A stretch of DNA of 64,000 nucleotides from Deltaproteobacteria bacterium (lineage in GTDB: Bacteria; Desulfobacterota_D; UBA1144; Nemesobacterales; CSP1-2). The notes beneath the pieces were generated by a model. That model worked only from the letters and a program-made list of their open reading frames with translations, was not told the origin of the DNA and searched no databases. Location of the stretch: assembly GCA_052390235.1 (NCBI GenBank), contig JBQTHB010000008.1, forward strand, positions 1 through 64,000, in the 5' to 3' direction. The position numbers and the translations under genes are program-made. Positions 49,073-57,959 of the stretch are shown here, piece by piece (position 1 is the stretch's first letter; every line of letters starts with the position of its first letter).

Positions 49073-49981
49073 TTACTTGAAAGCCCGCTTCAGATTTTTT
49101 ACTATCGGCAGAAGCTCTCTGATGTAGCCTTGAACATATTGCGCCAGCTCGGCGGAATCGAGCGCGTTCGCTCCAGCGGCAATTTTATCGTGAGTCTCGG
49201 CGATGCTGCCAAGAAGCGTTTGATACCCCGAGGCGGCGGCGAGCTTGGCTTCGGCGGATTCCAATTGAGCTTTATTTTGGAATAGCTCATCGTTGATTTC
49301 CGCGGATTCGCGAGCGCCTTTTGGAAGCATCCGAGCAAGCCCGGTTTGGGCGAGGTTGAGCTGGATTCGCTCATCTTCGAGGAAATCCCTGTAGTCTTCA
49401 ACGATGTCTATAAGCCCGCCAATTAAATCCCCGAAATATGGATTTGCCGCGCGGATGGTCTGCTTAAGACGTTTCTGCCTATAGCCCTCGGCGGCAATCT
49501 TCACCAACAGCCCGGCGAGTTTCGAGACGGATTCGGCTCTCTGCCCGGCGAACGGACTGCCTCCGGCGATTTTTATAGCCGCGAGATTCGATTTCAGCCC
49601 ATCAATATCGGCGGCAAACGTAGCCGGCTCGTCCGAGGCAAGCCTCCCTAGGGCATAAACGTAGCCCTGAAGCGCCAGATTTGCATCCAAAATCCCTTCA
49701 AGGCTCTGCCCGGCATCTCGGCAGACTTCGAGCCCGGATTCATAATCCTCGGAATATTTCACATCGCCATTTTCGGATATTTCAATCCTATAGCCTTGAT
49801 AATCTATTTCTACGCGGCGGAGGCAACTGTGCGCAATATCGGCGGCAATGGATTCAAACTCGCGGGAAGCAACGAGCGTGGTCTCGGCGAAATCCCTCAC
49901 GGCGGGCAGATTGGCGGCGCATCCGGAAAGGAAAATCAGGGTAATTAGCGAAACTGCAAGACGAAAATTCCCGAATATCAT
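49073..49981 (-). CDS. Hypothetical alpha-helical lipoprotein
   Basis: Lipobox LSGC after a hydrophobic stretch (start ATG 49981; ORF open to 50059); coiled-coil-like C-half. Confidence 0.78.
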   Translation of the reverse strand: MIFGNFRLAVSLITLIFLSGCAANLPAVRDFAETTLVASREFESIAADIAHSCLRRVEIDYQGYRIEISENGDVKYSEDYESGLEVCRDAGQSLEGILDANLALQGYVYALGRLASDEPATFAADIDGLKSNLAAIKIAGGSPFAGQRAESVSKLAGLLVKIAAEGYRQKRLKQTIRAANPYFGDLIGGLIDIVEDYRDFLEDERIQLNLAQTGLARMLPKGARESAEINDELFQNKAQLESAEAKLAAASGYQTLLGSIAETHDKIAAGANALDSAELAQYVQGYIRELLPIVKNLKRAFK

Positions 49982-50095
49982 TGCGAGATTCCTCTTTTTT
50001 CCGAGTATGCCGTTCACGCACAAATCCCTCTGGGAAATGCTTGCAGATTTGGCCGTCATTTTACTTCCCTCCTGAGCGATGTTTAATACAATTCA

Positions 50096-50872
50096 TCAAG
50101 AATCGGATTTGCCCTCGGACTGCTTCTTCTCTTCAGCCGCCCGCTCCTGCCGAACGCGATTATCGAGATAGTCCAGAACATTTTTGGCTAGTTTGAGCTC
50201 CCTGCTCTCCTCATCGGAGTCGGAGGGGGCATTCTCGTCAGGAGGCTTTGGGGCGCTTTCATCCGGCTCTGTGTCGGCAGGTTCGGGGAGGTCAGAGGGT
50301 TGCTCTGGCTCGGCATCCTCTTGCGGCTTCGGCTCTGGGATTGGCGCAGGGCTGCCCTCTTCAAAGTACTTTTCAATGTTTCTCATGGAGCTTCGGGCGG
50401 CTTTTTTAATCTGCTCTGCCGCCTGCCCTATTGTCGGGCGTTTGCTGGAGTCGAGTTGGAGGAGGCGCAGGCTCACCTGGGTCTGATAGCTGTTTATGGC
50501 AATAGTGAGCTGGCTCATATCGGCCATGATTTTGCGAATCTGCTCAACGGGGCGGAATAGATAAAGCCCGGTGAGGTCGGCAAGCCCAAGCCCGCCGATG
50601 GCTAGGGAGCGCCAAAGCTCGGAGTCAGACCACGCCTTAACGACCGAGGCAAGTATCAGCCCCGTGCCTAGGATAAACATCACGATGGACAGGATGATAA
50701 CTATCCAGTAGGTGCGCCGAAGCCCGTATTGGAGCTTTGCCACCTCGAATTTTCCGTCGTGAAGCACACCTTTCATAAACTCAATAAGCCACTGATTCGC
50801 GCTTTCCGCCTCACGCTCGGATAGAATTTTGTCCGTATTATCACTATCCCTCTCGCGCTCTCTTTTGCTCAT
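50096..50872 (-). CDS. Two-TM membrane protein with acidic/Pro-rich tail
   Basis: TMs YWIVIILSIVMFILGTGLILAS and SLAIGGLGLADLTGLYLF; PEPKPQED low-complexity tail; GGAG SD. Confidence 0.75.
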   Translation of the reverse strand: MSKRERERDSDNTDKILSEREAESANQWLIEFMKGVLHDGKFEVAKLQYGLRRTYWIVIILSIVMFILGTGLILASVVKAWSDSELWRSLAIGGLGLADLTGLYLFRPVEQIRKIMADMSQLTIAINSYQTQVSLRLLQLDSSKRPTIGQAAEQIKKAARSSMRNIEKYFEEGSPAPIPEPKPQEDAEPEQPSDLPEPADTEPDESAPKPPDENAPSDSDEESRELKLAKNVLDYLDNRVRQERAAEEKKQSEGKSDS

Positions 50873-50969
50873 CGCCCCACTCTCCACAGTCCGTTATTAT
50901 CGGATTCCCTCTTCCTGCGGTTCGCCTCGGCTAGTGTCAAATTCGGTTGGCGCTCGGCAGGAATATTTC

Positions 50970-51587
50970 CTATAATTTCCATATATTAAGCGCGCGGAGT
51001 GTTGCGGCTCGCCGCTCTGATAATCCGAGCTTCGCAATTCCGTTTACTTTTTTGGTTATCTCTTCAACATCTCCATTATCAGCCAAACGGGAGCAGTTGG
51101 TTGCATCCCAATAGGCAAAGGCAATTCTCGCGGCGGACTGGAGTTCACGGGCAAGCTCAGGGCTAGCTTCAATATCAATTCCTACCAGAAGCCCAATTTC
51201 TCTATAATTTGCGCGCCCCGTTAGTTGCTTATACCCTGAGCCGCGATACCTCCAGCCGTCCCCGCTCGCCTCGTTGCCGTTGCCCAGACGATTGGCATAG
51301 ACTCGATTCGCAATTGCCTGAGGCCCTCGCTTTATCAAGGCTCGGGCGTCTTCAATCCCCTTCACTGCGCTAAAGATTTTATCGAGGCGCGCGGGGTCTC
51401 TGTAATTTAAATTCTCAATCATGGTTGCGAACCCCGCCGTTTCAACAAATATTTGCCCCATAAAGTGGCAGAGCCGAACCGGAGTGGTTACAGAACTAGA
51501 CACTCTAGCATCTTCCAGCGCTTTTGCATGAGCCTCTGGGTCTCTCATCTTGGGAGCAAATTTCTTAAGCGTCTCTGCGGTAATCAT
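50970..51587 (-). CDS. Glycoside hydrolase family 19 (endolysin/chitinase-like)
   Basis: HFMGQIFVETAGF, ENLNY, IANRVYANRLGNG, YRGSGYKQLTGRANY, ITKKVNG; GGAGG SD before ATG 51587. Confidence 0.9.
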   Translation of the reverse strand: MITAETLKKFAPKMRDPEAHAKALEDARVSSSVTTPVRLCHFMGQIFVETAGFATMIENLNYRDPARLDKIFSAVKGIEDARALIKRGPQAIANRVYANRLGNGNEASGDGWRYRGSGYKQLTGRANYREIGLLVGIDIEASPELARELQSAARIAFAYWDATNCSRLADNGDVEEITKKVNGIAKLGLSERRAATLRALNIWKL

Positions 51588-51650
51588 GTTAAAACCCTCC
51601 ACGAGGTTTGTTTGTCTAATCATCTCAGGCGCGTATTTTTGGGGAGCGAA

Positions 51651-52076
51651 TCAGCCTAGTAACTCCTGTCCTTCCCTCTTGCGCCAGTTCGCCTCGGCTA
51701 GTGTCAGGTTTGGGTGATATTCAAAGTGGGGCAGGTCTTTGAAGCTCTTGAAATCCCCTCCCCACTGAAGGGCGCACCTCCTGCCGAGTTCGCCGATTTT
51801 GCTCCAAAACGGGCTGTTCCATATCGCCTTGCCGTTCACAAGCGGGACAACATCGAAGGCGAGTCCGAAGTTATGCCACGACTGCCCGGGCTTTGCGTTA
51901 GTTACCCTCTTGCCCGGCTTTGTGCGTCCGATGGCGTAGAGGGCGGCTTGCTCCTCGAATGTGCGCAGGGCGCTGGTAATGAGCAGTTCAATCCCCTCAG
52001 CCTCGGCTAAGGCTAGAAGCGCGCGGGCTTTCTCGGCAACCACGGGATGTAAATCTTCCAGTTTCCTAGATGGCAT
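51651..52076 (-). CDS. M15-family peptidoglycan peptidase (L-Ala-D-Glu endopeptidase, CwlK/endolysin-like)
   Basis: LRTFEEQAALY..GRT, SWHNFGLAFD, WGGDF, DLPHFE; GGAGG SD. Confidence 0.92.
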   Translation of the reverse strand: MPSRKLEDLHPVVAEKARALLALAEAEGIELLITSALRTFEEQAALYAIGRTKPGKRVTNAKPGQSWHNFGLAFDVVPLVNGKAIWNSPFWSKIGELGRRCALQWGGDFKSFKDLPHFEYHPNLTLAEANWRKREGQELLG

Positions 52077-52134
52077 AATGTGAATCCTCCTAAATGGGTT
52101 ATTTTCGTGTAACGCCTGTTTTACGAAATATTTC

Positions 52135-52150
52135 GCAAGAGCCGTGCCAA
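52135..52150 (-). promoter_or_regulatory. Sigma54 (-24/-12) promoter
   Basis: Minus strand TTGGCACGGCTCTTGC matches TGGCACG-N4-TTGC, about 60 nt upstream of the M15 start. Confidence 0.8.
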
Positions 52151-52188
52151 ATGTCCGGGGAGGAGTCAGGAATGGGAATATATAGCAA

Positions 52189-52201
52189 TATCAGCAGGTT
52201 A
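52189..52201. promoter_or_regulatory. Putative IHF-binding site
   Basis: TATCAGCAGGTTA matches WATCAR-N4-TTR, about 40 nt upstream of the sigma54 box. Confidence 0.55.
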
Positions 52202-52343
52202 AGAAAGCACACTGAAATTATCCCCGCGCGCGAATCGGGCAAATTTACCAAAAATATTATGGTATTTTTACCGCGCCTTATAATAGAAATCTGGAATTTA
52301 TGAGGAAAACGGCGGGATTTTTGATTAGCTAAGCGGAGGCGCT

Positions 52344-52778
52344 TCAGTTAATTCCCGTATCCGTGATGAGGAGTTGCTTTATGAGTCGCTCCATGACCTT
52401 TCTTCGCACCCACATCTCGCCGTCGTTGATGGCTTTAATACATTTGACAATGTCGTCCTTGCCCGCGCGCTCTGGCAGGAAACCCCTCACGCCCATCTTC
52501 AGCGCCGCCACTTCTTTGTCCTCGTCGTAGTCCTTGAGGAGGAGCAGAATCTTTACATGGCTGGCCATCTGGTTTACGAGATTAATTGCCTCCAGAATGC
52601 TCACCTCTTCATCGTCGTCGTTGATAATGACGATATTTGGCTTTATTTTATCGAGGCACTCAATCAGTTCCATGACGTTAGAGGCCTCGCCCTTGAGTCT
52701 TATATCGTCTTCGCCGCTGAGATGGCTGATAACGCCTTTCCTCACAAGCGAGCGAGAGCTGAAGACGAGAACGTCCAT
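52344..52778 (-). CDS. Atypical NarL-like receiver domain protein lacking the HTH
   Basis: LVRKGV..L, GEASN..E, ALKMGVRGFL, IKAINDGEMW.RRK; ends before any LuxR HTH. Confidence 0.78.
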   Translation of the reverse strand: MDVLVFSSRSLVRKGVISHLSGEDDIRLKGEASNVMELIECLDKIKPNIVIINDDDEEVSILEAINLVNQMASHVKILLLLKDYDEDKEVAALKMGVRGFLPERAGKDDIVKCIKAINDGEMWVRRKVMERLIKQLLITDTGIN

Positions 52779-53071
52779 GAATTTGCTCTTAAATTTTCTG
52801 CCTAATTTCCTGATTTGCATCGAAAGGTTTTAGCCACTCCCCCGCTCACAATGGGCTATTATCTCACTAAGCGCAATCCGATGTCAATAGAGATTTTTTG
52901 AGTCTTTTAAATAGAGAAGCAACCACTGCGGGCGCGTGGTGTAGAGGTTTTTAGCGGTGCGCTGAGTAGAAATTATATTATGGATTGCCCCATTATCGGG
53001 ACCTGCATCCCACTTGTCATTTCGAAGCAGGGGCAATAGGGGGAGCGCAGATGGAATTGGAATTGCGCGAA

Positions 53072-55198
53072 TTATCCCTCGGCGGCGGCTTTATTAGGCT
53101 CATTGAGTTTCTTCCCAGCTTGGCGCTTCTGGGATTTTTCTTCAGTTATCACCTCGAGCCTGCCGTCAATCTCCTTGACGCGCTTTATCCCCTTGCACTC
53201 TGGGTAGCCCGTGCATCCGAGAAATTTCCCGTATCGGCTCATTCTAAGCGCCATTGGACGCGCGCACAGGTCGCAGAGGATGTCGCTTCGGACTTCCGGC
53301 TCCTTGCGCTCTTTGATTTTTATCTCGCCGCCGTCGCCGTACTCGAATTGCTTTGCGTTTTTGCACTCCGGGTAGCTGGAGCAGGACAGAAACTCCCCCT
53401 TTTTCCCCCACTTTATTATCATCATCGCGCCGCAGAGGTCGCATTTTACTTCCGTCGGCACGCCGTCGCGCTTGAGGCTCTTAAGGGAATCATCGGCCTT
53501 CTCGAGCCTCGATGAGAAATCCTTATAAAACCCTTTCAGAAGCTCAACCCAATTGACATTGCCTTCCTCGACTTTATCCAGCCCATCTTCCATCTCAGCG
53601 GTGAATTTTACGTCCATAATTTCGGGGAATCCCTCGACGAGAAGGTCGCTTACGGAGCGTCCCAAAAGTGTGGGCTTTAACCTGGTCTTCTCGCGTATTA
53701 CGTACTCGCGCTCCTGAATTGTGGACAGAATCGCGGCATAGGTCGAGGGTCTGCCGATGCCCTTTTCCTCCAATTCCTTGACGAGCGAGCTTTCAGTGAA
53801 TCTCGGAGGCGGCTGAGTGAAATGCTGTTTTCCCTCGAGATTTAGAAGGGCGAGCGTCATGCCATCGGTGAGGTCAGGAAGGCGTCTGTCTTCCTCTCTA
53901 TCGCGCGCCTCTTCTTCTTCTTCCTTCACCTCCATATAGGCGGCGGTAAATCCGGCGAATTTAAGCGTCGAGCCAGTGGAGCGGAACCCCCCCCTGCCCG
54001 CTTCAATTTCAGCGGTGGTTTGGTCATAGACGGCTGGAGACATCTGCGAGGAGAGGAATCTCTGCCATACGAGTTTATACAGTTCAAACTCATCGTCCGA
54101 GAGGAAATGCCTTAGCGAGTCCGGCGTTTTAGCTACGAACGTAGGTCTTATAGCCTCGTGGGCGTCTTGGGCGGATTTTTTAACCTTAAAGACATTCGGG
54201 GTTTCAGGCACGAACTCCGGTCCGTAATTTTCGGCGGCGTAGGCCCTCGCCTCGGCGACGGCGTGGTCAGAGACTCGAACGGAGTCGGTTCTCATGTATG
54301 TGATGAGTCCCACGGGACCCTCTTTGCCAAGCTCGATTCCCTCGTAGAGTTTCTGGGCTATTGACATGGTTTTTTTCACCGTAAACCGGAGCTTCCGGGA
54401 GGCTTCCTGCTGAATAGTGCTGGTGATAAAAGGCGGAGCGGGATTTCTTATGCGGTCTTTCTTCTCAACTGAAATTACTTTGTAGGGGCTGTTTTTGAGT
54501 TCTGCGACGATTTCGGAGGCGAGAGTCTGGTTCTCTATCTCGATTTTTTTGCCGTCGTACCTGCTCAAGGTGGCGATAAAAGACTGCGCTTCTGTGTCTT
54601 CGGGGCGTTTGAGGGCGGCTTCAATCGTCCAATACTCCTCCTGCTTGAATGCCTCAATTTCCCGCTCGCGCTCAACGACTATCCTAAGCGCCACGCTCTG
54701 CACTCGCCCCGCGCTGAGTCCGCGCTTGACCTTCTTCCACAGAATTGGGCTTAAGCGGTAGCCAACCAAACGGTCTAGGACTCTGCGCGCCTGTTGAGCC
54801 TCGAAGCGGTCTTGGCTAATGCGTATTGGGTTTTTTATCGCGTCCAGCACGGCGTTTTTCGTTATCTCGTGGATGAGAATCCTGTAGGCGTTGTCTTTGA
54901 TTTTCAGTCTGTCGGCTATGTGCCAGGCTATAGCCTCGCCCTCTCGGTCGGGGTCTGAGGCGAGATAGACGTTTTCGACGCCCTTTGCCGCCTTCTGAAG
55001 CTGGGAGAGATATTTTTTCTTGTCCTTGATGACGACATATTTGGGCTGAAAGTCCTTGTCCACGTCCACGCCGAGAGCGCCGCTGGGCAAATCAATCAAA
55101 TGACCGGAGGACGCCTCCACGGCAAAATCTCTGCCGAGATACTTTCTTATTGTTTTTGCCTTCGCAGGCGACTCCACTATTACCAGAGATTTGGACAT
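53072..55198 (-). CDS. topA: DNA topoisomerase I
   Basis: LVIVESPAKAKTI, ASDPDREGEAI, SAGRVQS, ITYMRTDS, two C-terminal Zn ribbons. Confidence 0.97.
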   Translation of the reverse strand: MSKSLVIVESPAKAKTIRKYLGRDFAVEASSGHLIDLPSGALGVDVDKDFQPKYVVIKDKKKYLSQLQKAAKGVENVYLASDPDREGEAIAWHIADRLKIKDNAYRILIHEITKNAVLDAIKNPIRISQDRFEAQQARRVLDRLVGYRLSPILWKKVKRGLSAGRVQSVALRIVVEREREIEAFKQEEYWTIEAALKRPEDTEAQSFIATLSRYDGKKIEIENQTLASEIVAELKNSPYKVISVEKKDRIRNPAPPFITSTIQQEASRKLRFTVKKTMSIAQKLYEGIELGKEGPVGLITYMRTDSVRVSDHAVAEARAYAAENYGPEFVPETPNVFKVKKSAQDAHEAIRPTFVAKTPDSLRHFLSDDEFELYKLVWQRFLSSQMSPAVYDQTTAEIEAGRGGFRSTGSTLKFAGFTAAYMEVKEEEEEARDREEDRRLPDLTDGMTLALLNLEGKQHFTQPPPRFTESSLVKELEEKGIGRPSTYAAILSTIQEREYVIREKTRLKPTLLGRSVSDLLVEGFPEIMDVKFTAEMEDGLDKVEEGNVNWVELLKGFYKDFSSRLEKADDSLKSLKRDGVPTEVKCDLCGAMMIIKWGKKGEFLSCSSYPECKNAKQFEYGDGGEIKIKERKEPEVRSDILCDLCARPMALRMSRYGKFLGCTGYPECKGIKRVKEIDGRLEVITEEKSQKRQAGKKLNEPNKAAAEG

Positions 55199-55484
55199 CC
55201 GACCTCCTCCTTTATCATCAACGCGCATGAGATTGGCAAGTAGCGCCTGAGTGTGCCGGTAATTCCTGTGCGCGCTCACTAAGAATGTATCACCAAAAAT
55301 TGCGCTTAGTCAACCTTTTCGGGCTTAATTTACACAATTTTAACCCGCTCGGAAAATCCGCAAACCCCTACTGCCCCGCCCCTCATCGGCATCAACCCTC
55401 AATTTCCTAATATCTAAAAACCCAAGTATCTTTATGGCGAAATAGTTAATCTAACCGTCCAAAGCTCGGAGCCTCGAAGCGCAG

Positions 55485-57080
55485 ATGAAACGAAACAGCC
55501 CCCGCGAACTTCAATTCGACTTTCTCATCGTCGGAAGCGGCATCGCAGGACTCTACGCCGCCCTCTACGCCTCAAAATTCGGACGCGTCGCCCTCATAAC
55601 AAAATCCACGCTTGAGGAGAGCAACTCCTTTTGGGCGCAGGGCGGGATTGCCGCCGTCATGGATCCAGAAGACTCAACCCTCCTGCATCTCGAAGACACA
55701 GTTCAAGCCGGAAGGGGGCTTTGCAACGAAGAGGCGGCGCGAATCCTCGTTGACGAGGGACGGGCGAGGGTTTTAGACCTCATCGCATTGGGGATGAAAT
55801 TCGACTCAGGCGAGCGGGGTCTGGAACTCGGCTTGGAGGGGGGACACAGGAAAAGGCGAGTGCTTCATGCCGGAGGGAATTCCACGGGAAAGGAAATTGT
55901 GCAGTTCCTAATTGCTTCGGTCAAGGCAAATACCGGTATCGAGGTGTTCGAGCGGCTCACGGTGTCGAGCCTAGCCTCGGACGGGAAGAGATGCTTCGGG
56001 GCTTGGGCTTACGGCGAGAGCAATAATAGCCCCGTAGTTTTTGCTTCCGCATCCACCATACTGGCAACCGGCGGGGCTTCGGCTCTCTACGAGAGGACGA
56101 CGAATCCCCCAAGCGCGGTGGGTGAGGGGATTGCGCTCGCCTACAGAGCCGGCGCCGAGCTTCGGGACATGGAATTCATTCAATTCCACCCAACGGCGCT
56201 TTACACCAATGGAGGGGCGAGCTTTCTCATCAGCGAAGCCGTCCGAGGCGAGGGGGCGCATCTCATCAATCACCGCGGGGAGAGATTCGCAGTGGACTAT
56301 CACGAGCTTGGAGAGCTTGCCCCAAGGGACGTAGTGTCAAGAGCGATATTCAGCGAGATGAGAAAATCCGGTAGCGAGTGCGTGTTTTTGACGCTCAAGC
56401 GCCTGAATGGGGATTACATAAAGCGGCGGTTTTCCAACATTTACGAGGCGTGTTTAAACCTCGGAGTCAATATTACAGAGGATTTAATCCCCGTCGCCCC
56501 AGCCGCTCACTACACCATCGGAGGGGTGAGGACTGGGCTTACCGGCGAAACTAGCCTGTCCGGGCTTTTCGCCTCAGGCGAGGTAGCCTGCACGGGGGTT
56601 CACGGGGCGAACAGGCTTGCGAGCAACTCGCTTCTCGAGTGCATAGTGTTTGCCAAGCGCGCCGTGGACGGGGCTATCGCATCGAGGGCTGAGTCCGCAT
56701 CCCTGCCGGACGGAGAGGGGTGGGCGGATATGGAATTCTCGCCAAAGCCGCCGGATAAAGAGCGGTTTTCGCTCATCCGAGAGGGCGTCTGCCGCATTAT
56801 GACCAGAGGGGTCGGAATAATAAGGAGCGCCGATGGTCTGAGGCAGGTGATCTCTTCCTTGGATGGATTCATGCTCGATGGGAAGAATCTCGGCGGGGGG
56901 TTGAGGCTGAAACTCGAGAACATGATAACTGTCTCATCCCTGATAGCAAAATCCGCCCTCCAGAGAACTGAGTCTCGCGGGGCGCACATCAGAGAGGATT
57001 TCCCAAACGAGGACGACGGCTGGAGGAAGCACATAGTCTGCAAAAAAGGGACTGAGCCATACGTCGAGGGGGATAAATAG
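55485..57080 (+). CDS. nadB: L-aspartate oxidase
   Basis: GSGIAG, SFWAQGGIA, QFHPT, SEAVRGEG, GVHGANRLASNSLLE. Confidence 0.95.
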   Translation: MKRNSPRELQFDFLIVGSGIAGLYAALYASKFGRVALITKSTLEESNSFWAQGGIAAVMDPEDSTLLHLEDTVQAGRGLCNEEAARILVDEGRARVLDLIALGMKFDSGERGLELGLEGGHRKRRVLHAGGNSTGKEIVQFLIASVKANTGIEVFERLTVSSLASDGKRCFGAWAYGESNNSPVVFASASTILATGGASALYERTTNPPSAVGEGIALAYRAGAELRDMEFIQFHPTALYTNGGASFLISEAVRGEGAHLINHRGERFAVDYHELGELAPRDVVSRAIFSEMRKSGSECVFLTLKRLNGDYIKRRFSNIYEACLNLGVNITEDLIPVAPAAHYTIGGVRTGLTGETSLSGLFASGEVACTGVHGANRLASNSLLECIVFAKRAVDGAIASRAESASLPDGEGWADMEFSPKPPDKERFSLIREGVCRIMTRGVGIIRSADGLRQVISSLDGFMLDGKNLGGGLRLKLENMITVSSLIAKSALQRTESRGAHIREDFPNEDDGWRKHIVCKKGTEPYVEGDK

Positions 57081-57083
57081 GAG

Positions 57084-57932
57084 ATGATGAATAATAAGAA
57101 TCTCGACTGGGCAAGGGTCATGCCCCTGATTGACGCCGCGCTCCGGGAGGATGTAGGCGATGGGGACATTACGACAAACCTGATTTTCCCACGGGGGGTG
57201 AGAGCCGGGGCATTCATCATGGCAAAGGACTTTGGCACGGCGGCGGGAGTGGCAGTGGCGGAGGCAGTGTTCAAGAAATTGGATGCCGAAATCCGCTGGA
57301 CTCCCCGCAAAAGTGACGGAGACCCGCTCGCTCCGAATGAGATCATCGCCGAAATTGAGGGCGAGGCAGTAGCTATACTCACAGGCGAGAGGGTAGCGCT
57401 AAACCTCCTTCAGAGGCTCTGCGGCGTAGCCACGCTTACCTCAAAATTCACCCTCGCCGTATCAGGGCTTCGGACGAAAATTCTCGATACCAGAAAAACC
57501 GCTCCCGCAATGCGCGCCCTCGATAAATACGCCGTAGCCGTCGGCGGGGGGACAAATCACCGCTTCGGACTCTACGACGGCATTCTCATCAAAGACAACC
57601 ACATAAAGCTCGCGGGAGGCATCAGCGCGGCGGTCGAGGCAATTCGGCGGGGACTGATAAAAAACCTCCCGATAGAGGTCGAGGCTTCCACCCTAGAGGA
57701 GGTGCAGGAAGCCCTCGCGCTGGGCGTAGAGATAATAATGCTCGACAACATGAACGCCGATAGAATCCGCCAAGCCCTTGGCATCATCGGCGGCAAAGCC
57801 ATTACCGAGGCATCTGGCGGCATCACGCTTGAGAATGTGCGCCAAATCGCCGAAACGGGAGTGGACTTCATCTCCGTAGGGGCGCTTACGCACTCGGCTA
57901 AGGCTTTGGACATCGGGCTTTACATGGTATGA
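57084..57932 (+). CDS. nadC: Quinolinate phosphoribosyltransferase
   Basis: ERVALN, DTRKT, HRFGLYD..LIKDNH, EASGGI, GALTHS. Confidence 0.96.
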   Translation: MMNNKNLDWARVMPLIDAALREDVGDGDITTNLIFPRGVRAGAFIMAKDFGTAAGVAVAEAVFKKLDAEIRWTPRKSDGDPLAPNEIIAEIEGEAVAILTGERVALNLLQRLCGVATLTSKFTLAVSGLRTKILDTRKTAPAMRALDKYAVAVGGGTNHRFGLYDGILIKDNHIKLAGGISAAVEAIRRGLIKNLPIEVEASTLEEVQEALALGVEIIMLDNMNADRIRQALGIIGGKAITEASGGITLENVRQIAETGVDFISVGALTHSAKALDIGLYMV

Positions 57933-57959
57933 TTACAGTCCGAAGAGAGAGCAAAATCC

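Noticed and set aside
48658..52076. Prophage call for the endolysin-like genes
   Set aside because: No integrase, structural, packaging or replication genes and no att repeats; flanks are housekeeping genes
56600..57382. Long antisense ORFs (also 2420-3058, 42705-43304, 58692-59372, 62068-62844)
   Set aside because: Overlap well-supported genes on the opposite strand; typical shadow ORFs of GC-rich coding DNA
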